DNA from: Naegleria gruberi
Taxonomy: Eukaryota
Direction: 5' to 3' (one strand)
Length of the DNA: 64,000 nucleotides
Assembly (NCBI GenBank): GCA_000004985.1
Contig: GG738848.1
The notes below the pieces were generated by a model that was not told the DNA's origin, searched no databases, and saw nothing but the letters and a program-made list of their open reading frames with translations. The translations under genes and the position numbers were made by a program. Of this stretch, positions 9,833-20,647 are shown piece by piece; positions within the stretch are counted from its first letter, which is position 1; every line of letters starts with the position of its first letter.

Positions 9833-12030
9833 TTGGAATGTTCTTTTTTCTTTCCCTGACTGAAATAATTATATAAAAATCTTAAAAATCTAAAAGTATA
9901 GACAACTACAGATATTGGAAATACAAATCCAGAAAGGAAAATAAGTGTTCCTAACATGTATCCTGAACCCTTGTCGAATAGCAATTGTACCAAATAATCT
10001 CTTCTGTTGTAATATCTGGATTCAGATCCTTTAAGTTGGGCAATATTTCCATCGGGTTTCATCTCAATAATACCATAATTTCTTCGAATAGAATGTTGCA
10101 AAAGTGGCTCATCTTCATCATTAGTTTTTCTGACCAGATACCAATGATCGAGTGTTGGATTAGCAAAGAAGAAGAAATCTATCAAATTGGCCACAATAAT
10201 CTTGAATTCACTTGAAACTGTAGAAGCTATGGTCATTCCACTTGTTATCAACTGTTCGAAACATTGATCTGGTGATTTACAAATTCTTGACTTTAAAAAT
10301 TGATGAATATCTCCTCCAACAAATACTATTCTATAGGTACCGTATGTATTAGATAAATAATCAAGGAAATTAATGACATCTTGTTTGAAATCTGGGTGAG
10401 TGGTATATCTTTCCTTCTCTGCAGCATAAACAACACTAGAAAAAGTATCTCCAAAGAAAAGGATTGGTATTGAAGTGAAAATAAGTGCCCTCTTAATCTT
10501 GATCGATCTATTTTCATTATTCATGCATGTACTCAAGAATGATTGAAGCTCTTTAAGTTGCTTACTTCCAAATAATGGATGAGTAGAGTCTCCATTGAAC
10601 GTTCTTTCAAATCTCAGATCCATCAGTGCTATGCAAGCGATACCAATGTCTCTGAAATAATAAATAGGTTCATTACTCACCAATTCTTGTCTAGAACCTG
10701 CAACAAGAGAATCCTTGATCAATTGGTATTGATATTCAAAAAATACCTCCTTTCCTGCCAATATCATTCTCTTAAATTGTTGATTTGAGTCTTGTTCCAT
10801 CATCCATCTATCCAAGTTATTGATAATATCATGATCGTCTGGAATCATCAAGTGTGAACCGTGTCTTAAAATCCTCTGTACAGCATTATATTTCCATGTA
10901 TTTCTATAAACATATCTGAAAGCATTCACTAAATCATCAAAAGTGGCATCAGGATTAATCTTTTTTACATATTCATGATAAACCCAATCAGCATACTATT
11001 AAAGTTCAATATTTTCAAATTAGAATCCACTACTTACAACCTGATCTCCCAAATGGATAACATAATCCCATAAATTATTTTGGTGTTCAATGTAAAACTC
11101 ATCAAAGGTAGTGATATCTTCATCCTCAAAAAGCCTGTCACAACTCATAGCTGCAATCCTAACATTTGATGTCAGTGAAAATGGGTCTGTAGAAATTGTA
11201 CAAAAAGTAGCATAATCCTCATCTTCATTCACGCTCTCTAATCTAATAAATTCAACAGTATAACAAGTGTTTGGAATTAATGAAGTAAATTGTAAAACTT
11301 TAGGTCCTTCTCTATCTTTCACTTCCACAACTTGTCCATGAATATCCTTTCCATTAACAACTGTTCTCGTATCAGTTCTTCTCAAAACAATCTTATATTG
11401 AGATGTATGCTGTTTAGTCCATTCAAGTCTTTCTTGTTCTGTCATCATTAAATAAATAAATTCAAAATCATCCTTATTCTGCTTGTACATTTTAATATTC
11501 GATTTAGAAGCAAAAATAGTTTCAATTCTCTTCTTTACATCCACAAATAAACTAATATCTTGTGGATTCTGTAAATCTCTGATCACATATGGAGGTGCCC
11601 ATTCATACAATATCCTAGCAGAGGTATCTGTAACTTCACCAACAACAATCATGAGTGGATCTTTTTGTTGTGATGGTTTATGATGAACAACTTTTGAAAA
11701 CATTATACTATTTGCATAAGGTTGACTAGATACAAAATTAATCAAAGTACAAGCAAATAATACAATTACAATATATGCCATCCACCTCCTCTTATATACA
11801 TTCAATAAATTACTACTATTATTTACAACTTGGTCTCCTCCTCCTTCCATCAACAACAACATTTCGTTCCGAGACTTTAATTCATTCACCATCATTATCC
11901 TCCTCTCTCCTATACAATTCTTCTCTGATAAATTCAAAGTCTTGTCATGAAGAGCATCAACACTATCATGATTGCAATCAAATAAAAACATTCGAAGCCT
12001 CCTCATCGTCACTCCTTCATTATCTTGCAT
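9829..12030 (-). CDS. PhoD-like metallophosphatase / phosphodiesterase. Two exons: 11038-12030 and 9829-10995; intron 10996-11037
   Basis: Spliced product restores the conserved …IHLGDQVYADWVY… and downstream DDHDI motifs of PhoD-family calcineurin-like phosphatases. N-terminal hydrophobic segment MAYIVIVLFACTLINFVSS acts as signal or anchor. Donor GTAAGT and acceptor AATAG are on the minus strand. Confidence 0.72.
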
Positions 12031-12390
12031 TTTTTTAGGTGTTCGGAAGAATTTCGTGCCCAATGACAAGTTCCCTGCATTTTAGCCTTGTTGATTCAGA
12101 TGTTATCATTTGGAACAGATGACAGTTTCGATGTGGAACAGAGAAAGTAGTCGTTGTATTCGTTGTTATTGTTAAGGAATTGGATTTTTATTTGCAACTT
12201 CATTCTAATTTGCAAGTCGGATGTTTTAAAAATTATTCAATTAATTATATTTAAAAAAAATATTCAAAAGCTATTGCCCCATTCTCTCTTGTTGAAGTTG
12301 AATTTTTTGAGGTTTATATTGTTGAAGTGAAAATATTTTGGAAATAATTTATTTTAGTTTTTGTAAATAGTGTAAAATATTGGAGTGAAA

Positions 12391-13299
12391 ATGTACAGAT
12401 CAGATTCGGAATCGGATTTAACTTCAACAGCAACAAATACTACGACATCTCGTATGACAAAGTCTACGAGTGCGTTTGATTTATCTGGGCAATCCTTGAG
12501 CAAACCAACTAGTTTTTACAAAAATCATAAATATCCAACCTATATGCAAAATTTACCTATTTGTAAATCATTGCAACGAGCTGAAGAAGTTAAAAAATTA
12601 AAACATTTAGTGTATCAAAGAGAAAAAGCAACTGATAGAATTAAAAATGATAGAAATGAATTGTTGGATTTGAGGACTTGCTTGATTGCATTCATAAATA
12701 TTAATCAAAAAGTTTCAAACCTTTCATCATTTGTGGAGAGAAACGAATTGAAGGCACTCTATCAAATCATAAGAACTGATAGAGATGACTTGAGAAAACA
12801 AGTGAAAGATTTAGAAAATGAGAAATCCACTCTCATTTCTGATATTCAAAAATTGAACGAGAGTCTGAATCAACTTGATCTTGATGTACAGAAATTCCAC
12901 TCTTCTATTGAAGAAAACTTTAAATCGAATTATTCCATTGATAACATTCATGAGAGGTTTGCTGATATTGATAAGGATGACCAGAATGAATCTTACAACA
13001 TCCCATGTACACACCCAACTCTTTTGAGAGGAATGTTACACATTTATACAAAATATTTAGCTTTTGAATCTATTGTAATAATGGGATCAAAGGAAGAAAG
13101 AACGTTAGTGATCCAAATTGATAATATTCAACAAATGAGCAAGTCACACAGTCTTTTGCATGACTGTGGCATTATTTTACACGTAACTGGTAAATCTAAA
13201 CAAAATGAAAAGATTGAATTTTCAGAGTTTAAGAATACAGAAGAAAGAGATAAGGCTTTCGATTTAATTTTTGGATTGGCATTCAATGCCAAAGAATAG
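12391..13299 (+). CDS. Coiled-coil protein with possible C-terminal GRAM-like domain (303 aa), hypothetical
   Basis: ATG 12391. S/T-rich N-terminus, a heptad-rich middle, and C-terminal …LLRGMLHIYTKYLAFESIVIMGSKEERTLVIQIDNI… resembling a GRAM/PH-like fold. Confidence 0.45.
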   Translation: MYRSDSESDLTSTATNTTTSRMTKSTSAFDLSGQSLSKPTSFYKNHKYPTYMQNLPICKSLQRAEEVKKLKHLVYQREKATDRIKNDRNELLDLRTCLIAFININQKVSNLSSFVERNELKALYQIIRTDRDDLRKQVKDLENEKSTLISDIQKLNESLNQLDLDVQKFHSSIEENFKSNYSIDNIHERFADIDKDDQNESYNIPCTHPTLLRGMLHIYTKYLAFESIVIMGSKEERTLVIQIDNIQQMSKSHSLLHDCGIILHVTGKSKQNEKIEFSEFKNTEERDKAFDLIFGLAFNAKE

Positions 13300-13341
13300 A
13301 AGAACAATTAGATAAAGTACAAGTAGTTGTTATTCAATAAT

Positions 13342-14595
13342 TTATTGTTGGTTTGAGCTAGATCCAGAAGCAAATTGCATCTTTTCATCGTGCAATTGTT
13401 TTCTGGCCTTTTCTAATTCCTCTCGTTCTTGTTGCATGGCTTTTTCTAACTTTTCAAAATATTTAATCTTCTTTTCTAATTTCTTCAATTGTTGTTCAAT
13501 TACAAAAGCAACAAGTCTTTGTAATTCTCTTTCTTCTCTAGTGGCGATTTCTTTTGCTCTAGCAGCTGCAGCACCTATAGCAGCATTTGAGGCTGTTTGT
13601 ACATCTAGTTTTGAAATATCAAATTGTGGATTTGTTTTGACTTCTTCAGTAATTCCTGATTGTTCTTTAATTTTGTTGAGGGCTGCTTCAGCTGCTGCTG
13701 CAGCAACAGAAGGACTGACAGTTGAGGAAAGGAAGGCAACTGTGTGCATTATTGGATTACTGGCATCAGCAAATGGAAGTGGCAAATCTTGATATTGAGA
13801 ATTTTCAAGACCATCATGTTCTAAAAGGAATTCATCTTCAATTGGTAATTGTAAGAATTGAAGAACACATTCTTCTTTAGATCTAGTTTGAACATGTCTA
13901 GCAATACTTTCCCAATCATCTTTGAATTTTTCGACACCTTCTAAAAGTTTCAAAATTTCGTGATCTGTCCAATTTGAGATTGGTGGAGTAGGCTTAGGTT
14001 CTCTCTTTGGTTCTTGATTATTACTTTGGAAACAATAGAATTTTTCAGTTAATGATTGACCATCATTTGTATAATTATGTACTTGTACATCACTTCCATC
14101 TTCCAAAGGTTGATTTAATTTAATTGGTCGATTTCTTGGATCTAAACCATAGTTAATCAAACCCCAATGTTCTAAGAATGAATATACTCTAATTATTGAA
14201 GTTATATCGGCATTGATTATCTTTCTACAATCGGATGTTGTTAAATATACATCAGGGTTTCTTCTAAATTGTGTAATTATATTGTTTCTAATATTCACGT
14301 ATACTTCTGCTTTTTTCCCCTCACTAAAGAATTCTGGAAGACCATTAATTTCATTCTGATGGATTCCTTCAAGGTTAAACCAATTACTATGAACGGGTAT
14401 TGTTGTAGATAATTTTGTTTTCTTAAATTGTGATGATCCGTCTTCATCATGATGAAGAGCAACACCAGACTCTGTTAAATCTCTCTTAAGTCCTGATGAT
14501 GATGCTACAGATGAACTACCATTCATATTATCATTACCAACCACACTATCCAATCCGTCATCAAACTCAGCTAAAAAGTCCGTTGGGTTAGACAT
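13342..14595 (-). CDS. SWI/SNF complex subunit SWI3/SMARCC-like (SWIRM plus SANT plus C-terminal coiled coil)
   Basis: SWIRM-like LPEFFSEGKKAEVYVNIRNNIITQFRRNPDVYLTTSDCRKII…HWGLINYG. SANT-like NWTDHEILKLLEGVEKFKDDWESIARHVQTRSKEECVLQFLQLPIED. C-terminal leucine-zipper region. ATG at 14593-14595. Confidence 0.78.
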   Translation of the reverse strand: MSNPTDFLAEFDDGLDSVVGNDNMNGSSSVASSSGLKRDLTESGVALHHDEDGSSQFKKTKLSTTIPVHSNWFNLEGIHQNEINGLPEFFSEGKKAEVYVNIRNNIITQFRRNPDVYLTTSDCRKIINADITSIIRVYSFLEHWGLINYGLDPRNRPIKLNQPLEDGSDVQVHNYTNDGQSLTEKFYCFQSNNQEPKREPKPTPPISNWTDHEILKLLEGVEKFKDDWESIARHVQTRSKEECVLQFLQLPIEDEFLLEHDGLENSQYQDLPLPFADASNPIMHTVAFLSSTVSPSVAAAAAEAALNKIKEQSGITEEVKTNPQFDISKLDVQTASNAAIGAAAARAKEIATREERELQRLVAFVIEQQLKKLEKKIKYFEKLEKAMQQEREELEKARKQLHDEKMQFASGSSSNQQ

Positions 14596-14830
14596 TTTTT
14601 TTTTATTTAAAAATATTCTTAAATTTAATTCGAAAATCAAAACAAGCCTTGCCACTCTGACAGTTTTTAATTTGAGAATACTTGAGTGGCTATTGATGGG
14701 AATTATACTTTGATCATTTAAGAGTTGATTATTCTCCTCAATTTTTCTTCAACTTACCAAGTGTATTCTCCCGCTGCTTGAAGAAAAAGCTTCGCAGATT
14801 TATTAAAATAAAAAATTTATTTATTAAAAA

Positions 14831-15644
14831 ATGAAGTCCATCGTCACCACCATCAACAGACTCAACAAGAACAACAAGTCATCATCAATTATTTGTACAA
14901 TTCAAAGCAGATGTTACTCTGAGGACGTTGCTAAATCTCAATTCAAGATTTCACCTTCTCAAGCTGCTAGAAATAAATTTATTGAATATAGAGCAAACAA
15001 TTTGGAAAATTATATGGGAATGGTTAATTTTGTTCCTGATGTTGCTCACATTGGTCAAAGACGTTGCCATAATCAAGTCATTCCACGTGATGCTCCTGCT
15101 CAACTTTCTAAATTAGGTTTGGATTTGTACACTAGAGTTACTCCAATCTTAACCTTCATTAAAAATGTTGCTTGGGATAACATGTGTTCTCATGATGTTG
15201 AATTCGTAAGTATTGATAACGGAAGTGATTGGAATTTTATTGTTCACATCAAAAATAATAATCTTACAGGTTGAAGAATGGGAATGTTGTCAAAAACAAT
15301 ACGAAAGAGACTCTTCTAAATTGACTGCTGAAGATAAGCAAATTCTTGATCCTATCATGAATAGAGCTACATTGTTGTGGAATGTTGCATTGCACGCTGA
15401 AAATATTTCTTCAATTTTAGCTACTTTGGGTATGAAGTACAGAAACACTTATTCTTATCCAGATGAAGATAAGGATATGATTTTAGATATTACTGCTGAA
15501 TATGTCGAATTGCGTGACAAGCATTGGGAAGATCGTGAAATCAGAGACAAGTTGGCCAATTCTATTTTCCAACGTTTGACTTTGTTGAAGCAAAAGATTG
15601 TTTTGCCTGAACTTACTATCAAATTCCCAAAGCTCTTTGTTTAA
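14831..15644 (+). CDS. Small protein with N-terminal organelle-targeting-like presequence. Two exons: 14831-15205, 15270-15644
   Basis: Intron gaattc|GTAAGT…ttacag|gttgaa is phase 0 and in frame. N-terminus MKSIVTTINRLNKNNKSSSIICTIQSRCYS is basic/hydroxylated and lacks acidic residues, like a mitochondrial or hydrogenosomal presequence. Confidence 0.55.
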
Positions 15645-15995
15645 ATTTCTTCTGACATTTTAAGGGTATTAATAATGTGTTTAAAGAGATTGTATTAATA
15701 AATTATTTTGAAAATTAATGAAAATTGTAATCATTGTTTCAGAATGGAAGAGTATTGTTGAATCCTCAGCATTCTAAATAAGGTGGAGCAAGTTCTCTTC
15801 CTTTTTCAAAAACAAAATAAACCTTAAATAAAAAGAATAAATAGTTTACTGATGCTGTATTATTGTTTACAAATATTTGATTGAATAATTTGATAATAAT
15901 CAATATCAAATTATTCACAGTTATTAATTAAATATACATTTTGGCGGCACTTGGGATGTGGAAAGTTTAAGTTTTTAGGAAAGATTTTTGAAGAA

Positions 15996-16583
15996 TTATT
16001 CATATTCCAAAATTGGTTCTCCTATAGCAGTAATCTTATCAATACTTGGAGGGAAATCGAATACTTTGGCCAATACAAGTTTGAAAAGCTTTTTGATGTT
16101 AATACCAGCAGCAGCGCTACAATAGATGAGAGGACACTTCATCTTTTCAGCATATTTTCTGGCTTGTGCTGTTATATCTTCTTGATCTTCCTTTGGGAGA
16201 TCAACAAACTTATCATACTTTGTACCAATCAAAAAAGGCAGAGCTCGTTTGTTATATTTTCGTGAGTGAAGGAACCAATCTTTAACGGAACGAAGTGTTT
16301 GTTTCCTTGTGAGATCAAACATAAAGAACAAAGCTAAGGAATCATTACAGACAAGGTCAAGCATGCTCATAAACTCTTTTTGACCTCCTAAATCCCAAAT
16401 CATTAGATTTACTTCCGTATTCTTGATTTGGACCTTCTTTTCCAAAAAGTTAACTCCAAGAGTCATAATATAATCCTCATCAAATTTACCATTAACATAT
16501 TTCACCATCAAACTTGTTTTACCAACTTGTACGTCACCAAGCATACCAACTTTAACCACGAATTGTTTGTTCTTACTAGACAT
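15996..16583 (-). CDS. Spg1/Tem1-type septation (SIN/MEN) small GTPase
   Basis: G1 GDVQVGKTSLMVKYV, G3 WDLGGQKEF, G4 IGTKYD. Overall spacing closely follows S. pombe Spg1 / S. cerevisiae Tem1 rather than Rab or Ras. Confidence 0.85.
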   Translation of the reverse strand: MSSKNKQFVVKVGMLGDVQVGKTSLMVKYVNGKFDEDYIMTLGVNFLEKKVQIKNTEVNLMIWDLGGQKEFMSMLDLVCNDSLALFFMFDLTRKQTLRSVKDWFLHSRKYNKRALPFLIGTKYDKFVDLPKEDQEDITAQARKYAEKMKCPLIYCSAAAGINIKKLFKLVLAKVFDFPPSIDKITAIGEPILEYE

Positions 16584-17022
16584 TTTTACTACTATTTGTT
16601 GTTGTTATATCCGATGTTGTTGTTGTTATATGTTGTGATTTTAATAATTCAAGATCGGCACCTTCTTCGTCTCTTTTAAAAAACTTGTTGTTGATGGCGG
16701 CGAAAGAACAATATCGTAGATTATTTTTTTTGTGATGATAGGAGGGATTGGTGTTATGATGATGGTGATGTGGGCAACCTTTAAATGCATTGATGAGTTG
16801 TTGTGTGACCATTGATTACCTGCAGTGTTCAAGAACTTGACTGAGAAATCATCTAATTATCCTCCTGAGTCATTCATCATAAAGTATTAGATAAAACTTT
16901 GTTCATAAAACTGTTGTTGAACGATCAATAGACACAATGAATATCCTCCTATTTCCAATTACAATGTACAAATTTTTGAAATGTTGTAATAATAATAATT
17001 TAATTTTCTTCTAGATTTGAGC

Positions 17023-18102
17023 TTAGAGTAACATGAATGAAATCAATGAGAGGAGGGCAACAATTAATTGAAGGGCAGCAACTGAGGCATTGGATTTCTT
17101 ACTGCTTGCTGCAGTAGGAGTTGAGGATTTTCTGACACCAACGGCAACATTACTAGTTGCACCAACATCACCCACATAACTGAGCTTGGTGGCATCTAAC
17201 TTGACTTGATAGAGAGCATTAATAATAGGAGCAAGGTAGGCATGACAGAAATCAGCATTTAAGGTCTTGGTATATGGATCAGCACCCAAAGAAAAAGAGG
17301 TAATGTTGGCATTTGGGAAATTGCTTTTAGCAAGAGTTTCCATTGAAGTACCAGATTGAACACACAAATTGACTGTCTTTTGATTAAGATCACTCAAAGA
17401 TGAAATAGCAGAGCCAAGATTGCCTTTGACAACACCATTACCATCCTTAATATATGGACAAGTAAAATCAATCAAATCAGTTCTTGGAACAGTTTGACCT
17501 GAAGGGAGAGTTACTGTACCTTCAACTGACATACCACTCAAAATAAAATCAAATCTGAGATTACCCATATCAGTAATGAGATTACCAAAAACAGTGGTAT
17601 CATTGGTAAAGTAAGCTTGGAAAGGAACACCTGCATAATTCATACCAATTCTATAAGCAATAGAGGCAGCAATATCTTTAAAATTCAATTAGAACACATT
17701 AATACAGCACTATTTAAACTTACCAGCTTCGAAACCAGTGCATTTACCATAATTTGAACCTACAGCAGTGTAATTAAATCTTTTTGGAACATTCGCAACA
17801 CTGTTAGCACCAAAGAGAATATATTTACGTGCGAGAATACTGGCCATAGTAGAATCAGCTTGAAGGTCGGAAGCAGCTGGCCAAGTAGTATAATTTGTAC
17901 ATTTACTTGTTGGGGCATGGAGAATATTGTCACCAAAGTAAGATTGATGGATAGCATTGAACCCAATACTAGTTGTTGTATCAGCAAGGAAATCATAAAC
18001 AGCCTTGTTCAATGTTTTGGCAGCTGTTGACTGGGCACTGACAAGTGTAGCAGTGGTGGCAACTACACAACACAAAACGACAAGGAAAAATAAATTCTTC
18101 AT
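17023..18102 (-). CDS. Secreted, probably GPI-anchored protein with bacterial-type solute-binding family 3 (PBP type II) domain. Two exons: 17724-18102, 17023-17675
   Basis: N-terminal signal peptide MKNLFFLVVLCCVVATTATLVSA. SBP_bac_3-like core …DFILSGMSVEGTVTLPSGQTVPRTDLIDFTCPYI…. C-terminal S-rich stretch then hydrophobic tail AALQLIVALLSLISFMLL (GPI signal-like). A 48-nt GTAAGT…AAAG intron gives a phase-1 join. Confidence 0.65.
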
Positions 18103-18347
18103 ATTTTCTATTTATCAGAATGTTATTTGATAAAAATATTATTATTAGATTGTTAAAAATTGTGTTGATGGCACGTTGAAACATACCAAAAAATAAAAGG
18201 AGCGATGATGAATTTTTTTTGTTCGGAGAGAACGACAAATCTCTCAATTTATGTGATTTTATGCACTTACAAAAGACATTAAAAACTGGAGACATTAGAG
18301 AAATTACAAAGATAATTCGGAGGTACCTTAGAAGGTTTTATTGAGGG

Positions 18348-20516
18348 TTAATAGATCGATTTGGCTTCCTTTCTGTAGGAGGATATTAATTGTTGTGGAT
18401 AGTGAAGAGAAAGCTTTTTGAGAATAACGTCCAATCTTCTTTGTCTTTTTCTTGATGTTTTTGGAACTTGTTGAATTATGAAATGTCTTGGCAAGACAAA
18501 GTATTGGAATTTTTGTAGAATCAAATTGGCGTGGTAAATAATCTTATCGTTGGTACTATCTTGTGTGTAGAGAGGCAAGTGAGATACTTGGCCAATTATT
18601 ACTGGCTCGAATGGATAACTTGCTTTGATTTGATAGGCTTTTTGACCTTGTGAAGAAACACTGACATATCTTGCAGTGTCAATAAATGCATTGTCTGAAT
18701 CAACTGGAGCGTATTCATTACTTTTGAATAGGGACTTTTTCAGAGTGGTAAATTCTTGTGGAATGTCAGTATTTTCATCATCTGATTGACTAATGAAAGA
18801 TGGGACAACAAATACAATCTTTTCCTTTTCTAAATATTGAGAGAGGGAAGGATACGATTCCATTAAATTTTGTGGAGATTTCCATAATCTGGTCTCAATT
18901 TTGGCGGAGATTGGTTCCAACTTGTCGAGTGGCTTGGAGGATTTGTCATGTACGAATAATTTCAAAAAGTCTCTGTTCAAATACTTGGAAATGACGCTAC
19001 TGGCATCTACTAGAGCAATCCATTTGGTTCTTGTCATAAGAATTGCTTCATTTCTTAGCAAATTAATAGGAAGTTTGTGTTCATCGAAAGTTGGAATCAC
19101 AATACACTTGTAATCAAATTTGACTTTCTTAGAGGATACAACAAGTTGAGTTAACTTTTCTGAGGAACAGTCACTTTGTGATTTAGAAGCTATGGAAACT
19201 ACCAAGTTATCACCTTCAGAGAGTCTCTTGATAAAATCGTTAATAAGAGGTATCTGAGAAATAGTGCAGTAGGTAGCAAATGTAAGACCGTTTTCAAGCA
19301 ATTCTGTTGAACGTTTTTCAAAATCGTGAGAAGGTGTCCATTCAATGGAGTAAGGTGAGGGAACAAAATAAATTGGAGGTGATGGGATTTCATCCTTAAC
19401 ATTGTTATAGGATTCCAATATGTTTGAGATGAAAGACTTGGTTATCATTCTTCTTATATCTACAATGGAAAAGCTGCTTTGATAGCTTGACTCTAAAGAT
19501 TTCTTTTCTAATTCATCTCTGACAAGTTCAATAATTTTGGAATTTTTCACCTTGAATTGATTATCTTCAGGAGAGGAAGTAGCAAACACAAACCACAATA
19601 ATTCAGGCACTTCCTTCTCAGTTAAAGGTTCTAATTTGCTGGAAGATACCCACTTGGTTTGTAATTTCCTGTTAATTGTCCTCGAGGATTTAGAAAGAAC
19701 ATTTTCAACATTGGTAAAGTATGGAGTATTCTTTTCAGAGTTCATTACATTGAATGCCAAAAGACCATAGTCAACATGCTCACCAAACAATGATTTTCTA
19801 TCTGATGTTTCTTTCAATAAATAATCTACTCTCTTATTATCTTGATTAACAAATATCGAAAATCCTGGCTCCAAAATCAAAACATATTCTGCCAATCTGC
19901 TTGTCGATTTTAATCCATTAGAAATCAATGCAGGAGCTTGGCATTTCTTGGCTGTAAAGACTCTAAACACGTCATAAAGTTCGGGATTGGAATATTTTGA
20001 CATGTGTAAATCCTTTTTTAAATCTTCACACATTGATATCGTCACTATAATTTGACTTTCTCTTAATTTATCTAATTTATCCAAATATTCCTTCTCAATC
20101 CAATCCATCTGTGAAACTGTTTCAACATATGAAATAATACCCAATTTACTCTTTTTAAAAACATCATCACCTGTTGGAAGATTAGGTATTTCCTCTTTAA
20201 CGTTCTCCCATTCAAATGTTTCCGTTCTACTAAATTGTAATGAAAAAATCAACAATATTATAAGTGGTATAGCAATAATTGCCACTAAAATCCATCGATT
20301 TGGTTTAGATGATGAAGCAGATTGTTTGTATTGTCCTCCTCCATACGAAGAATATTTACTATTGCCATAACTATAGGATGTTGAATGGGAGATTGGATTT
20401 TCATCAATAGGAGAAGCCAACTTTGTTGGTCGATTTCTCATTGTTAATGGTTGGGTGTAGGCACTTCCCGAAGTTGTGGTCAGAGATGAAAATTCTTCAT
20501 CATCACGAAAAGACAT
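18348..20516 (-). CDS. Type II membrane protein with large lumenal/extracellular domain (722 aa), hypothetical, possibly glycosyltransferase-like
   Basis: Cytoplasmic S/Y-rich N-terminus, single TM WILVAIIAIPLIILLIFSL, then a 620-aa globular region. No definitive catalytic motif recognised. Confidence 0.5.
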   Translation of the reverse strand: MSFRDDEEFSSLTTTSGSAYTQPLTMRNRPTKLASPIDENPISHSTSYSYGNSKYSSYGGGQYKQSASSSKPNRWILVAIIAIPLIILLIFSLQFSRTETFEWENVKEEIPNLPTGDDVFKKSKLGIISYVETVSQMDWIEKEYLDKLDKLRESQIIVTISMCEDLKKDLHMSKYSNPELYDVFRVFTAKKCQAPALISNGLKSTSRLAEYVLILEPGFSIFVNQDNKRVDYLLKETSDRKSLFGEHVDYGLLAFNVMNSEKNTPYFTNVENVLSKSSRTINRKLQTKWVSSSKLEPLTEKEVPELLWFVFATSSPEDNQFKVKNSKIIELVRDELEKKSLESSYQSSFSIVDIRRMITKSFISNILESYNNVKDEIPSPPIYFVPSPYSIEWTPSHDFEKRSTELLENGLTFATYCTISQIPLINDFIKRLSEGDNLVVSIASKSQSDCSSEKLTQLVVSSKKVKFDYKCIVIPTFDEHKLPINLLRNEAILMTRTKWIALVDASSVISKYLNRDFLKLFVHDKSSKPLDKLEPISAKIETRLWKSPQNLMESYPSLSQYLEKEKIVFVVPSFISQSDDENTDIPQEFTTLKKSLFKSNEYAPVDSDNAFIDTARYVSVSSQGQKAYQIKASYPFEPVIIGQVSHLPLYTQDSTNDKIIYHANLILQKFQYFVLPRHFIIQQVPKTSRKRQRRLDVILKKLSLHYPQQLISSYRKEAKSIY

Positions 20517-20647
20517 TTTTTATGATGAATTTTATTATTTAATTAATATGATTCGGAGAATGTTTTATCAAACGTAAATATATTAAAAGTCTTTTGTTAC
20601 ATGATCCATTTAAGGACTATTAAATTATGAAATCACACAATTAAAAA

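Noticed and set aside
16576-16812. His-rich 78-aa ORF (…CPHHHHHN…) immediately upstream of the Spg1/Tem1 GTPase gene
   Set aside because: It overlaps the GTPase start. It is most likely 5' UTR/promoter sequence, with the His run produced by a CAT/ATG-rich repeat. No splice signals link it to the GTPase ORF.
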